This document shows, piece after piece, positions 13,401 to 26,397 of a stretch of 64,000 nucleotides of DNA. The translations under genes and the position numbers were made by a program. This DNA comes from Balanoglossus misakiensis (lineage: Eukaryota > Animalia > Hemichordata): the NCBI GenBank assembly GCA_040954595.2, contig CM082578.2:9657519-9721518 (forward strand). Reading direction: 5' to 3'. The notes under the pieces were generated by a model. It worked only from the letters and a program-made list of their open reading frames with translations. It did no database searches and was not told the origin of the DNA. Numbering within the stretch: position 1 is the first letter of the stretch; each line of letters opens with the position of its first letter.

Positions 13401-16400
13401 TTTCTAACGACAGACAGAGGTCAGACGGGGGCATACAAGGGGAATGGTCTGATCAAGTTTCTTTCAGTAATTGGGTTTTCGATTTTGATCTCTATAAAAG
13501 TGGTTGTACAGATTTTGCTAGCATCTGTTCCACCCTGACTGACATATGTTTTGAATTGTATTGCCCTTCTGGCTACCTAAGTAGTGTACTGCAAGTTCAG
13601 GGGCAGGCAACCATGCTGGGACAACTGCAGGAAGTGTATGTATACCTAAACGACATAACAAGTGTACATGTACTGTAGCACCATGTACAGTACATCATGT
13701 CATGGGCAGTCCCTTGCTAAGAATTTGCAACATGTAAATAGCTGGATTGTCATTTTGCATTAATTGAAAATTCAGCATTCTTTCTGACAGACTGAATCAT
13801 ATTTGAATGATGTTTGATGTGGTCATTGTTGCCATGTCAGTGCTGACATTATAAAATATTGTGTGATTAAACCTCGAGTCCTGGGCTATTTCAAAATGAA
13901 AATATGACTACCAGTAAAATTTGTATATTTGAAAACATAAAAGAGAACAGGGTCGGAGAAAAAAGTGCATGTAAAATTCTGTTCATGACATGATACAGTA
14001 ATGAGTATGATCATTGTATTGTTGAAAATGCCTGACTCCAGCAATTTACAAAGATTAAATTTCCAACTTGAACTTGATCTGGTATGTGACCAAGATGAGA
14101 AGGTTGAGTCAAGGGCGTAATAGTTTGGGGGCTGATATTATTTACCACGTCATAGTAAATCTGAAACCCAAATAATAGAGATATCTTGGTTCAAGGCTTT
14201 CTTGTATCTTGAATATAAAAACATCATATCTAGTATCAGTGAGTAAAGTTCCAAGGTTCTTTAGCAGAGAGTGAAGTGAGTAAATTTGTGTCAAAGTCAA
14301 AGCCTGCTGCAATATGCTCTCCCGTGGTGATATGTTTAATGGATGAATGAGCAATTGGGTCTACGGTAGCTTGTACATGCAGGAATATACAACAAACTAC
14401 CGTAGAAGGATTGACATTTCATTCATTCATGTAAGACACTCTTGTCAACATGTACATGTACATGACACTGACTTCCAGTTATGACCTAGTGAGTAATTGG
14501 TTTAATAGTTCAGTGTGCCAAATCCACTACTGGCTGCTACTTGTTGACAGTCACATGGGACTTCTACCAGTGTAGTCCTGATACTAGATTTCCCCCCAGT
14601 AGACTCCTATATCATTTAGCCAGGGATGAAATCGGAGCTCAGAAGTTGATTGACATTTATGCACATTTTCAAAACTACATGTATCTTTTGTTTTACATTT
14701 AACTGTCAATATTGATGATAACAAACATTCTTGCCAAATGCCATGCAGATTCAACTGAGAGCTTTTTAACTGCAACAACTTGAAAGGTGTGGCAGTCCTT
14801 ACTGATTTCGATTACCTGTCACTAACTTTATGATATCGAAAACGTTTACCCAGTACCATTTGTTTTGAAAATAAAAATTATATTTTTTATTATTTTTATA
14901 GCATCAGCACAGCAAACAACTTTGATAACAGCATTTACAGATCAATCAGACGGCACGGGAATATCAGATGATGGCTCGCTGATAACCGTTGGTGTAGAGC
15001 CGGTCAGTGGTGGGGTCAGTAGAAACCAAACAGCGCAAACTAATGTACAGCCACAAACAACCGAAGCCAATACTACAGCAGGAAATGACACAGTCACGCA
15101 GTCGGCAGTTGCGACAACAGTACTGGCTACTGATGGAGATGCTAATGCGACCGGGGCTATGACAGTAGCGGCAACAGACGGCGACGCAAATGCTACTACT
15201 ACTGTGTTGGCAGCAACTAGTGGAGCAATGGAACAGACCAGCGCACAAGCTACTGTGGACCAAGCCACCACTTCAGGTCCCGACGTTACTGGGGGTGGTG
15301 TAATTGTTGAAACAGCAAGAAGCACTGCAGTCACAACAGCTGCAGACGTTGCTACGACGACTGAAGCGCCGGTTCCTGCAGACGCTGCGACCACTGTTGG
15401 AACCCGAGCGCAGACCACCGACAAGCAGACGACGAAAAGTTCTCTCCCGCCAGCAACGAGCATCGGGATGCTGTCCACTGTAGCCGTGACAACGCAGGAG
15501 CCCACGGAAAGAACAACTGGAGGGTCTACTAAACTACAAACAGTTGCAGGAGCAACTTCCGCGGGTCCAGAGACAACAGCATCTCGGTCGACATCTGCGA
15601 CTACTGAAGAGTCCGATGCGAAAACCACAGGAGCAATTCCGATTGGTGTGGACCTTACAACGGACCTTCCTATTGGTGTAGATCTTACAACGCACCTTCC
15701 TACAGAAACTGAGGCTCCAACAACTTTGCAGCAGGGGACGTCAAGTGCATATTCGGAACTCACCACCACTGCAGTATTTCCTTCAAAAGAAGCAACTACA
15801 TCAGGATTTCCAATTGGTGGAGGTGCAGATACTACTGCCAGAACAGCCACTGCAGAAAGAACATCGGCAGTGCAGTCTTCAATCCAGTCCACGGACGCTC
15901 CTGGTACAACACACACGGAGACGACAGCTGCTGTTGCCACAAGCTTGATACAGGATGCATTCACCACCCATGCAGTTAGTACCCAGAAGCCTATCTCTAC
16001 AGAGCTCCCAGCTGCACAGACTACAGACGACGTGACTACAGTTGCAGGTGTACCCCCAGTGCAGGGCACAGAAGAGCCGACAACTTCTGTAGTTCAGACA
16101 CAAACATCGTCATCAGCCACCACTATTGCACCCGCTACCCAGGCAAGAACTACCGAGAAGCCCCTCTCTACAGAAATCCCAACTGCACAAACTACAGACG
16201 ACAAAACTACAGTTGCAGTTGTACCCCCAGTGCAGGACACAGAAAAGCAGACAACTTCTCTAATCCAGACACAAACATCAGCCGCGACTATTGCACCCGC
16301 CTCGCAGGCAGAAAGTACCCAGAAACCCGTTTCAACAGATATCCCAACCACCCAAACGACAGCACAGGTTTCCACCAAGCCCACACACGCCGGGCCTACT

Positions 16401-19400
16401 CTTGCAGGTGTTGCCACAGAGAAGCTGACGACGACTTCAATTCAGACACAAGAGAAAACTACCCAGGCAACAGTCAGTTCCCAGAAACCATCTACCGCAG
16501 CAGCAGCAAAAACTCGGGGACCCACGGAAAAACAGCAGACCGGCCTAGCATCTACAGGGCCATTGACGACACTACATGTGCAGGTGTCTACATTGGAACA
16601 CACGACTGCAACGACATCTGCAGCAGAAGCATCCACACATAGAACAACAGGGCAACCAGCGGTGGTGGTGACTACAAAGGAATCAACAGAAGCGAACAAG
16701 ACAACAACCGTTCATGAAAAAGTAAGAACAACTTTAATATAGTGACAATATTCCTTAGTTAGTCACCCCAACAATTCGACTGCTTCAGTAATTAGACTGC
16801 CCATTATTTTGAGGATAATTTTTTTTTACCACCATCAATTCAACCTGTGAGAAAACTGCTGTCTTGCGAGCACCTACCGGTATAAGCCCGCAACAATGTA
16901 CGGTAGATGAACACATTTCAGGAAATGGGCATGTTGCCCAGATTTATCCTGTAATAGCGAGCCTTTCAAAAACTAATTTTTATATTATATTTCGGTAGCT
17001 TTATGCACTTTTTATTTATTTATGTCTTTTATGTGTAGACCACAGAAGCAGCTGGTATACCAGATTTTGTTGACCCGAAGGATTTGACGAAGGAACAGAA
17101 TGATGCTGTTGCCAGTGTTCAGATAGCTGGTGCACTGGTAGGTGGCACTGTTTTAGAATCAGATGCTAAAATTTTCCTTTTCTTTGTTTCAAGCCACACT
17201 GTCACTTGTAGAAATAATGAATCTGTTCAGTGTTCCATCTGAATTGTGAACACTGGAACTATAGGCCTATTTCCTGACCATTTTCAGCACTGCAGCAATT
17301 TAAACATGTGAGATTTCTTAATAAAAAAATTTTTCCTATCCTAGCCTGACAAACTCAATAATGAAATGTGGACAAAACTGAAGGCATTTGTTGAACAATG
17401 GATAATGGAATGGCAGAAAGATCAGAAGGAGCGTAGACGACGCGGCGTCACCAATCAACCAGCCGCATCAGCAGTGTCGTCGCCATCATCACTCCCAACG
17501 ACATCCGGATCAGCTGAGCCAAATGTCAAAATGGTTGGCCATCCAGTGGAAGATAAAGACAGCAATGTTTGGGTGTCACTCCTGGCTGAAGACGGCAAAG
17601 GTAATAAATTCATACATGTATGCCCCTTCCAGTTCGTACTTGCTAGCAGCAGTTGCTTTCCACCCCATTTCCTTGTATATGGGCCCATCAGTGGTATTGA
17701 AGACTGTTGGATCGAACTATGTTGAGCCAGTGAAAGGGGTAAGGTCGGCTCAGAGAATTTTGATAAGAATGAAATTCAAGAGATCGTGGAAGATGTCACT
17801 CAAAGTTGAGTAAATTAAGTGACATTAGCACAATGCCAGGAGCTTTTCAAACAAATTCCAGCTTACATCATCATCTAGTCCACCTCAATTCTCCTCGGTA
17901 TTTTTGTGATCAAGCCACTTGTGGAATTCATCATTCTATAAATCTCACTAAGCCAGTCTTGAATGTTTAATTAATTAGTAGGAGCAGTTATTGACACTAA
18001 GAACAGGTGTATGGTTATTGTAACCTAAATCGCATTCTAACACTTGACAAGACACAGTTAAAGATCTCTGTGGCTGTTTTATCTTTGCATGTCACCTTTC
18101 TGATTCACTGAGTCACTTCATCCATCCATGTACCAAAGACCAGGCCACAGTACAACACCACCTCGCGTCCCATAACCATGTACCGGTATTTGTCATAAGT
18201 TGGAGCTTCTGTCCCTTGAACCTACTGGAAGAATCTTGTAATGCAAAACATGATTGAAATTTACCAGTCAGAAGGTTGAGATTGGGAGTTCAACTTATGT
18301 GTTGGGTGTGGTTGCAGATATCTCATTTCTGACTTGATTATCAAGTAATACATACAAAGAGAGAGTTGACCGGCAATGCCTTAATTTACACTTGCCCTAT
18401 AGCTTTCACAATACATACCGGTAAAGTGACTTGAGTTTGTTATGCAGGTATACCAAACAGAAATATGACAATCCATTACTAATCGGTACATGTTATAAAG
18501 TTGGTCAGGCTTGTTTACATTAGAAAATTCCGGTGACTCAAATTCCGCTGGAGGAATGAAAATTGTTGTAAAAGTTGATGTTAGCAGAGATGATTTGTAA
18601 TATCCTGTTTTGCATTGAAGTTCGTTGCTCTTTTAAGTTTTAGCCAAGAAACTCTTGAGACTGAAATGTTCCTGTGATTTATAAGTCCATCACTGTTGAG
18701 AAAACAAATCCTGGGCTTCTATTCCAGTTCAACTTGGGTGTGGTCGTCAAGCTGTCAAGTTTGCTTACATATCCGGACTTTGATTTGTACCAAAAGTGCA
18801 GCAGCAAAAATTGTTTGAGCTCGGCATGTTCATTGTAAATACGCAGTAGTCCAGTCAGTCTTACGTTAGTGTCTGTGGGTTTTGCACACCCATATTCCCT
18901 TAACAAATATAAAGATGACTATGTTGCATAGCCTTGCAAAGTCCTATTAAATTTGACAACCTTCCATTGCAGTAGGATTCTAGGAGTGTCACCCCCTGGA
19001 TATTTATCCACTGTGGACACTTACCATCCCTTTCCCAAACCATAAGACAACCCTGACTATCGTGGCAGCTCACTGATCAATGTAAATAATCACTTTTTGT
19101 ATTAATCTTCCCACACTTTGGGTTTTTTGTCTCTCATTTTGTAATATTGACTTGATCTGTTATCGAAATCTGCAAACCAGGCGACATCATGTAGGATTCA
19201 ATTTGTAGACTTTACCAAAATTTCAGTTGACAGTGATGCAGGGTACAAGATCGCATTTGAACAGCTATTTTCAGAGCAGTCTTGATTGCTGATGATATCA
19301 AATTTCCAGCGGTGCAAATTTTACACTTTTTTTCTGAGGAAGCGACAGTCAGTGATAATGGTCTAATCTTGGTTTTCTTATTTGACTGCAATTAACTTTG

Positions 19401-22400
19401 ATGTAGCTTGCTGTAATCAGATATGTGAGCTATTATAAGCTAAGAGCTACTTGCATACTGAAGACCACGTACTATCTAAACCCAAACAAGGTCAAACTAA
19501 TTTCTGCTCCTCATGCTAGATTGTTTGATTGGAAAGTCTCCGTTTATTAGGTGATTTGTGACATATGCTTGTAAAATACACCAGTCATTACAGGAACAAA
19601 TTGCTCACTTCTGACTTTTTGGTTATTTTTAGTTTCTTTTTATAGGCTGTTCATTTTCTGTTCACTGAAATACAGTATGTTCTATTACCATAAGTTATAA
19701 GTTATAAGTGTCTTTTTACTCGAAGCTTTGTCTGCAGATGTTAGTGGTGCGATGATATAATTTCTGTAGCCAAGTGCATTGGTTTGGCCTCACCCTGTCT
19801 CTCTGAACCAGACATCATTGCTTTGAGGTGCTATATAATTGACCAGAAACTTTTTCTTGGGATTAATGTAAGCTCTAGATTATTAAGACATGAAGCAAGG
19901 ATAGTTTTCAGTTGCTAGAGGGGTTGTCTAGTTTTTATCACAGGGGCATGTGGGATATGGTATAGCCTCATGTATTGGACAATGACCACTAGGTATTTTC
20001 ATTTTGGTCACTATGTAAACTTTGATTGCATAGTTTAATAAAAAAAAATATTATTAAAAAATCATTGACTTTGGTTGCCGTGAGGTCAAAAGAGGATTAT
20101 TGTCATCTGAGAACTGGTGACAAGCATGAAAACACTTCCACAGTTATTGCTACATATCATTCTCTGTAACTTGAATAAATCTAACTGTTGGCTGTCTTTA
20201 TTTATGTTTGATTAACTGACAGCAGATATTTGTTTGACTCCCTAAAGGAAGATGATATTCGTATGTAAATGGTTTGATACAAGTTCTGGTATGCAAGATA
20301 AAAAATTATATCATCAGTGTGGTACTGTTGCAAGCAAATTGAAAGGAGAGTCATAACAATATTCTAACCGGAATTTACACACATTAACTTTATAAGTGAA
20401 AAACAAAATAACATCAACCTAAAGTGTGAGGTGTCTCAGTAAATATTAGTGTTTGTACTAGAGCAGGGTATTTCCTTTGTTGTGAAGTTACTGTGGTTTT
20501 GTGAACAGACTATAACAGAGAGTGTACTGATCACTCCTTGACAGCATGCAGCCCAGTCTCTCTAGACAAGGTCACTGGATGATCTAGGTTATCTTATCTC
20601 CAGATGGCTGCTATGTCTCTTTATAAACTCATAGTAATCAGTGGCCCTCTGTTCTTTATCATGGTCAATTAGCAACCCCATATGCTTTTACCCATTAACC
20701 ATGCCCTACTGGGACAAGTCTGTTGACCTTGCCACAGTTCAAAGTGAACTCAGAAGGTTTCAGGCTCGTTACAGACCCTGGGCAACTCTGTTTCTCTGTC
20801 ATTCTACACAAATTCTATAGAATTCAATTGAAAATAGCTTGGGTCCAAAACTACATATTATAGACACCAATTGAAATTCAATAATAATTCACAGGGTATG
20901 GAACTCAATTTATCCATGTCTATAGTAATTTTTTCATACTTTAACAGAGAACCAGCTAGCATGATAAACAACAACAAAGAAACAGAAACTTTTAACACTC
21001 CCACTGTGTCACGATATGATTCAGTCAGAACCATGTGAATGTACTTTCACAATTATTGTGAAACAAACAGAAGTAAACATCCTCTGTCCACAGCTTGGCA
21101 TCTGGGAAGGCTAACAATTTGAAACTCATTTCCTGTGCGTTAATTTGTTTAGGGCGGTGCCCCTGTAAAGTAGTCAAATTTGATACTTTTCACAGATGCT
21201 GGATGAATGATGATGTTACTGGAGATGCCTATAAAATTGGTTTGGTTTTTAGAGGTCTGTTGTTTTGAACTGTGGTCAGTTTGGATGTTAGTTTAGCTGA
21301 AAAATTTGTGCAGGGAGGAAGAGTAAAGACCATATCTTACTGAAGAAGCTACTGTTAATTTACTGTTTGGATGCTTCAATGAAACTGCCTTAATTTTGCT
21401 TACACTACATGAGACCACAAAGTAAATTGGTTTTAAAAAATAAAAGTCTTTTGTTGCTAGGCAAAGTGGCCAAACAGTTATATTTAATATGTTTATGTAA
21501 GATTAAAACTGTTCCCACAGTAAATAGCAGATTGTGTAAAACAGTGCTATCACTGATGGAAATGAATTGTCAGTGTGCGTATCATCAGCTATATACACCT
21601 GTGGACCAATCAGTCAGTACCATATACACATGTATACAGTGCATTCAATTTTGAGGTGACAGTGTAGATTTAAAACCTAACATTTTTATAAACAAATGGT
21701 CAAGAATACATGACTTAGGGCTTCAACAGTTAGTGCTGTTCCTATCTGGGGTATGTTACTGGTAGCAATTAACCCATAATTTTAATATCCAGGCCTGGGC
21801 CAATGGTTTCCGTCTCAGCAGGTTTTCCTCATACCCTGAATAGGCCACTGTTTTCTGTATGTTCTGTGGCAGTGGTGTTTTTCATTAGCAACATTGCATG
21901 TTTATTGTTTTCTGGGTGATCTGGATGGCACAGCTGGTTCATCCACAGTCTCCTGAAATGCCCGCCTTGTAATATTTGTTTTCCTCTGCGATCAGCGGTA
22001 GTGAGATCTTCATAGTGGAAACTCTTCTCTAAAGCTTAATTGAGTCGGTGGCAATTAATTCCAGGCTTAACAAGCTTTTCTGTCATTCCTTCTGATTGAC
22101 CAGTGACTCAAGTGTAAATCAATCCCCTTCATGGTTTATCAGGGTCATTTCTTTTCGGCTCTTTGAGCATCTCAACCTGGGCGACTTTCAGAGGGCCTGG
22201 TTGAGTAAGGGTGAACTCGGGGTCTGGCTTATCAATCATTGTGGGTTCTTCATTTCCACGATTTTCTGGACGAACAAAGCATGCCTTCTGATGAGTCATA
22301 TAATTTCAACAATTACTTTCAGCATGTATTAATCACAGAAATAATCATTTTAACAACTTCGTAAGGGTATCTGGTGACTCCAGATGTACTGCTCTTGAAA

Positions 22401-24434
22401 AGTTAGATTCTGTTGAGAGAGGTTTTACTGCGGTGGTTTTGTGACTTGTAGGTTAGATGTCAGAGCTCAGAGCTTAAGTCAACTCTCCAAAGATTAAATG
22501 GCACTCGCAGAGTGGCAAAAGATTATGAGAAAGTGGAAAAGTTCCACGCCACTTGATCCTTGCTGTCGTGAGTCAGAAATCATGATTTATATAGCAAGAA
22601 AGTAGTAAATTTTGTACTTTTATTATTATTATTGCTTCTATATTTTTCTGATTCTGAAATTGGCATTTTTTGAAAATGCTACTTTCAATTATCGTTGTTC
22701 CATTGTTGGTGAAGGCAGTCTCTTCCTTGAAATTAAACACTTGAACTCAAGACAGCACAGTAATATATAACTATGCATTATATGAGTAAATACATTGCAT
22801 TACACACTTTCTTGTTGAAATGTTGATGATGACAATTCACTTATATTTCTCTCTTACTTCTTTACCTAGGAGGATATGTGAACTCCAAAGACCTTGTTCT
22901 AATTATAGAAAATAACAAGGAGGAGTTTGAAACAGAGGTAAGTGACCAGAAAATTATATCTTTGTCATCCACAACAAAATTGTGTTGTACTAGTATTTTT
23001 CAGGTCTAGCGCGACTTAATTTCAGGTTAAACATTTCCCAACTTAAAAATCTTACATGCAGGGCAGTAACGTGATTAAGTTCTCTGTATAAACTGAAGAA
23101 AAAAGTGATCTGAAATGCTGTTCTAGTAATTGCACAGTCTGCGAAATGCCATAACTCTGTAATCAACACAAGTATTTTAAGATAATGCATGCTTGTAAGA
23201 AATACTTGCCAAATTTGGATGTCTACTGTCTGCTGTGATGATAAAAAAAAAACTCGCACGCACACACCAAAAGTGAAATATTGAAACTTGAGGCGAAGAG
23301 AAGTCCTGTTGGGATAGTGCTTTCACACTGGTAATAAATTGATGTATAAATGGCTGCTTTACAGGGATGAATATCTGGGGCATTTGCACGCAGAGTTATG
23401 GTGTCACACTGAGAGCGAAAATTGGCCTCGTGTTCAAATTAGCTGACCTAGTCCTGTAGGCCAGTTCAATCGGAATCAAATAGAATTTACCCTGACATAT
23501 GAGATAGGAAAGAAAAAATTGAATTTTGAAGTATTAAATTAAAATTTACTTTTTTTGATGAGTTGCACATCTGCCGGTCCAATAGATCTTTGTCTGCAGA
23601 TTTGGTTTATTACATTTGTAACATTAGCCTTGTCGATAAAAAAAACTTTTCCCCTTGCTGTGGAGATGCTTATCTTAGGGAGTAACCAAGACAGTTGACC
23701 TTTGACCCAAGACAACAGCAATCACATTCTTCAACTCCAGGGCGGATTAATTGCCCACTGACATCTTCAGAAATGTGTCTGAACATCAGATCATGTTCTA
23801 ACAAAGCAACTGTCTGTCATTTATACCATGTTCAAACATTGGACATCGCTGGGGAAAGTTTCTGCACACCCAGACTGTCCTAGAAAATAATCCTTGTAAG
23901 CTGCCAATATTCTCATAATTCCTTTAATAATCAAATTATGAACAAGTATAGCTGTAGCTCCAGCTTCACTACATGCATGTCCAGCTCTTTCGAGTTGAGT
24001 GAATTTCAGTTCTCTACATGCAAATGAAGTTTTTCTCTCCATCTTTCTTAATACAGCTTGATGTCAAAGTTACGGACGTAATCGAAGGCACGCCGGAAAT
24101 TCAATCCAATCCCGAGGAAGCGACAGCAGACGAGGGATCGTACTACAAGAGGAACAAAGGTGTGTTCATCGGACTGATAGTGCTGGGCTGCGTGTGCCTG
24201 GTGGTCATCATCGCCGGACTGGTCTACATCCTGTGCACCCGGCGATCGCACGGAGGCCAACACTACCTGCACGGCCACGACCCGGAAGTCGCCGGCGTGG
24301 ACAATCCGGTCATGGTGGAAAAGGTCAACGGTGCTAACAACCCGCAAAAAGTGGAGGAGTCTGAAATTGTGCCTTATGATTCTTTCACTAAAGAGGAGCT
24401 GGAGAGCTACGAAGTGGAGGACACTCACCTGTAA
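7407..24434 (+). CDS. Podocalyxin/CD34-family-like sialomucin, type I membrane protein, ~890 aa. Exons 7407-7458, 14902-16721, 17039-17137, 17345-17600, 22870-22937, 24057-24434
   Basis: Exon 1 MKYYLQVLTGVLLAVLT joins in phase 1 to ASAQQ (signal peptide). Then a ~600-aa T/S/A/P mucin exon, a globular juxtamembrane region, TM VFIGLIVLGCVCLVVIIAGLVYIL, and a cytoplasmic tail with VDNPVMVE ending EVEDTHL*. All intron phases agree. Confidence 0.85.
15978..16360 (+). repeat. Coding tandem repeat in the mucin exon, ~2.3 copies of a ~165-171 nt unit
   Basis: STQKPISTELPAAQTTDD / TTEKPLSTEIPTAQTTDD / STQKPVSTDIPTTQTT. Shorter duplications PIGVDLTT x2 and ATDGDANAT x2 lie upstream. Confidence 0.85.
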
Positions 24435-26391
24435 GATTTTTAGATCTAGGGTAGAGTTTTGAGAGTTCACTTTCTTTTTTGACTGTTTTTGTTTTATTAA
24501 CTTAACGTGGTAAAATCTTTGTCAGCACAGAGAGAGAATTCTGTCATGATTTCAATGCTGACATTCCTTTTCTGTAATCAGAATTTTTTTAGAAAAAAAT
24601 AGGCATGGAGGAATTTATTGCTCATCACAATATTTTGGTTAAAAAAAACTAAGCAATAACTTCAGGATGCAACTGATATATTTATACTACTCGGACTACA
24701 TTACTTACTGGTCAGATCTATTTGTATATTATTGTAATATACATGTACATATCTGCTCACTGCTCACCACAAAGATCAGTCCAATGTGAGACTGTGCAAA
24801 ACATTGTCACCAAATTGCACTGGAAAAATGGACTATTCTGAAAGAGGTTGTAGGATTTCCTCCATAGCTAACAAAGAGGTGGCAGTGAAAGTTGTGTGTA
24901 ATATAATAAAACTGGCAACATGGGCTATTCACTGTTTTTGCCAAGGCAAGGTTTGAAAATAAATTAAGGAAAATAGATGAATACTCTGGGGCAAAATATC
25001 CTTGGTTTCCATGATACCACATTCCTTGGTCATGCCAATAGGAAACTTGGGTAAACATGACTTGGGAACCCTGGTAAAACTTACATGTTTTGATTACTGT
25101 CCCGAAGAAAAACACCGCTGTGTTTTAATAAAAATGATGAAATATTAAGGTGCTGTAGAGTTTTAATTTTCGTTTTTCTTTGAATTTAATTAAGATAAAT
25201 ATTCTTAGGATGTTCTGTCTTTGTTTTGAAAGAGAATGATGGTTTTGTCTAGTTAAAAGAAAAGCTGTCTGTCTCTGCCAGTGTGCCTGGAGCATCCACT
25301 GTTGTTTGAAATGTGTTTGTTGCCGATGAGATTTTATGGTTACTGATATTGTACCGTGTCATAGACACAAAGCACTTCATTAGAAAAGATCGAGGCACAG
25401 GTTGTCTGAAGTTTGTTTCAGGAGAAATTGTTACGACGTATGTTGTTTCATGGTAGATGTTTACACTAGCGTTTCAATTTTATTTAGAAGCATTCATCAA
25501 ATTTCTCCAGTTTTCTGTAGGTTTGCTGATAAATGTACATAGTTACATACATGTAGATGGGTTTGTTAGCTGTTCACATCAAAATATGTATTAAATTATT
25601 GCAAAAAAACAAAAACGCAAGAAACACCTGTAATGCAAATTTTGTTGCAAGAGTCATTAATCATTATTAAAGTCTCAATGCCCCAGGTTTTTTTGTGTAC
25701 TTGTCTTCTGAGAAATAGAAGATTCTTAAAAATTCTTTGACCCTTTCCATCCTGTTTAAATTATACAAAGTTCCTGACAAACCATTCAGAACAGGTGGTT
25801 AGACCTAAATGGTTGAGGTAGAAAAGTTTAACGTTAAATGCTTGTATTAGCTGTGTAGGAGTTATAAAGTGATGCGTTTTTGTTTGCGAGGCGAGATAAT
25901 TCATATTCTATAAAAATTAATATTTCTATGAATTGAAGATGGTATGAAAGGTTTAATACAGAGAATGAATGAATACTAATAATTATTTTATTTCAATTTA
26001 CCACTCCCATGCTGACTGATGTAGATCACAATTGTACTTCGCATTTCTTGTTCTCTTTATGTGTGTGCTTTTTTAGTATGAAGCTTTTGAAAGTGTTCCA
26101 AGTTTAAAATACCACTGTAAAACTTTCCTTTGACTTACAAACATTTTAAAACTTTCTTTTGAAACTTTAAGAGATAGTGTTGAGTATGGTAGTTTCATTT
26201 CGGCTTGACTTTGAAGTTTTTATCTGAAAATTCTTCTGCTTTGTTCCCAGGATTGTGTTTTGACTGTCCTGTGTTTACATCTGATCTATGTTGTAAATGT
26301 GAGTTATTTGACTAATTTGATGACTTGGGTTGATAGCACTTGTTCTGTAGATTGCATTCTCTCATTACCGAATTTCAATGTTTACTTTTTA

Positions 26392-26397
26392 AATAAA
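26392..26397 (+). terminator. Probable polyadenylation signal of the podocalyxin-like gene (~2-kb 3'UTR)
   Basis: AATAAA followed ~25 nt later by a T/G-rich tract (ttgttcttgtctttgtg). Confidence 0.4.

Noticed and set aside
13199-13678. 159-aa ORF in intron 1 of the podocalyxin-like gene
   Set aside because: No recognisable domain or convincing splice context; exon 1 already joins exon 2 in frame.
14942-16699. Long minus-strand V/A-rich ORFs (375, 107 and 85 aa)
   Set aside because: Antisense shadows of the Thr/Ala-rich mucin exon; its codon bias suppresses stops on the opposite strand.
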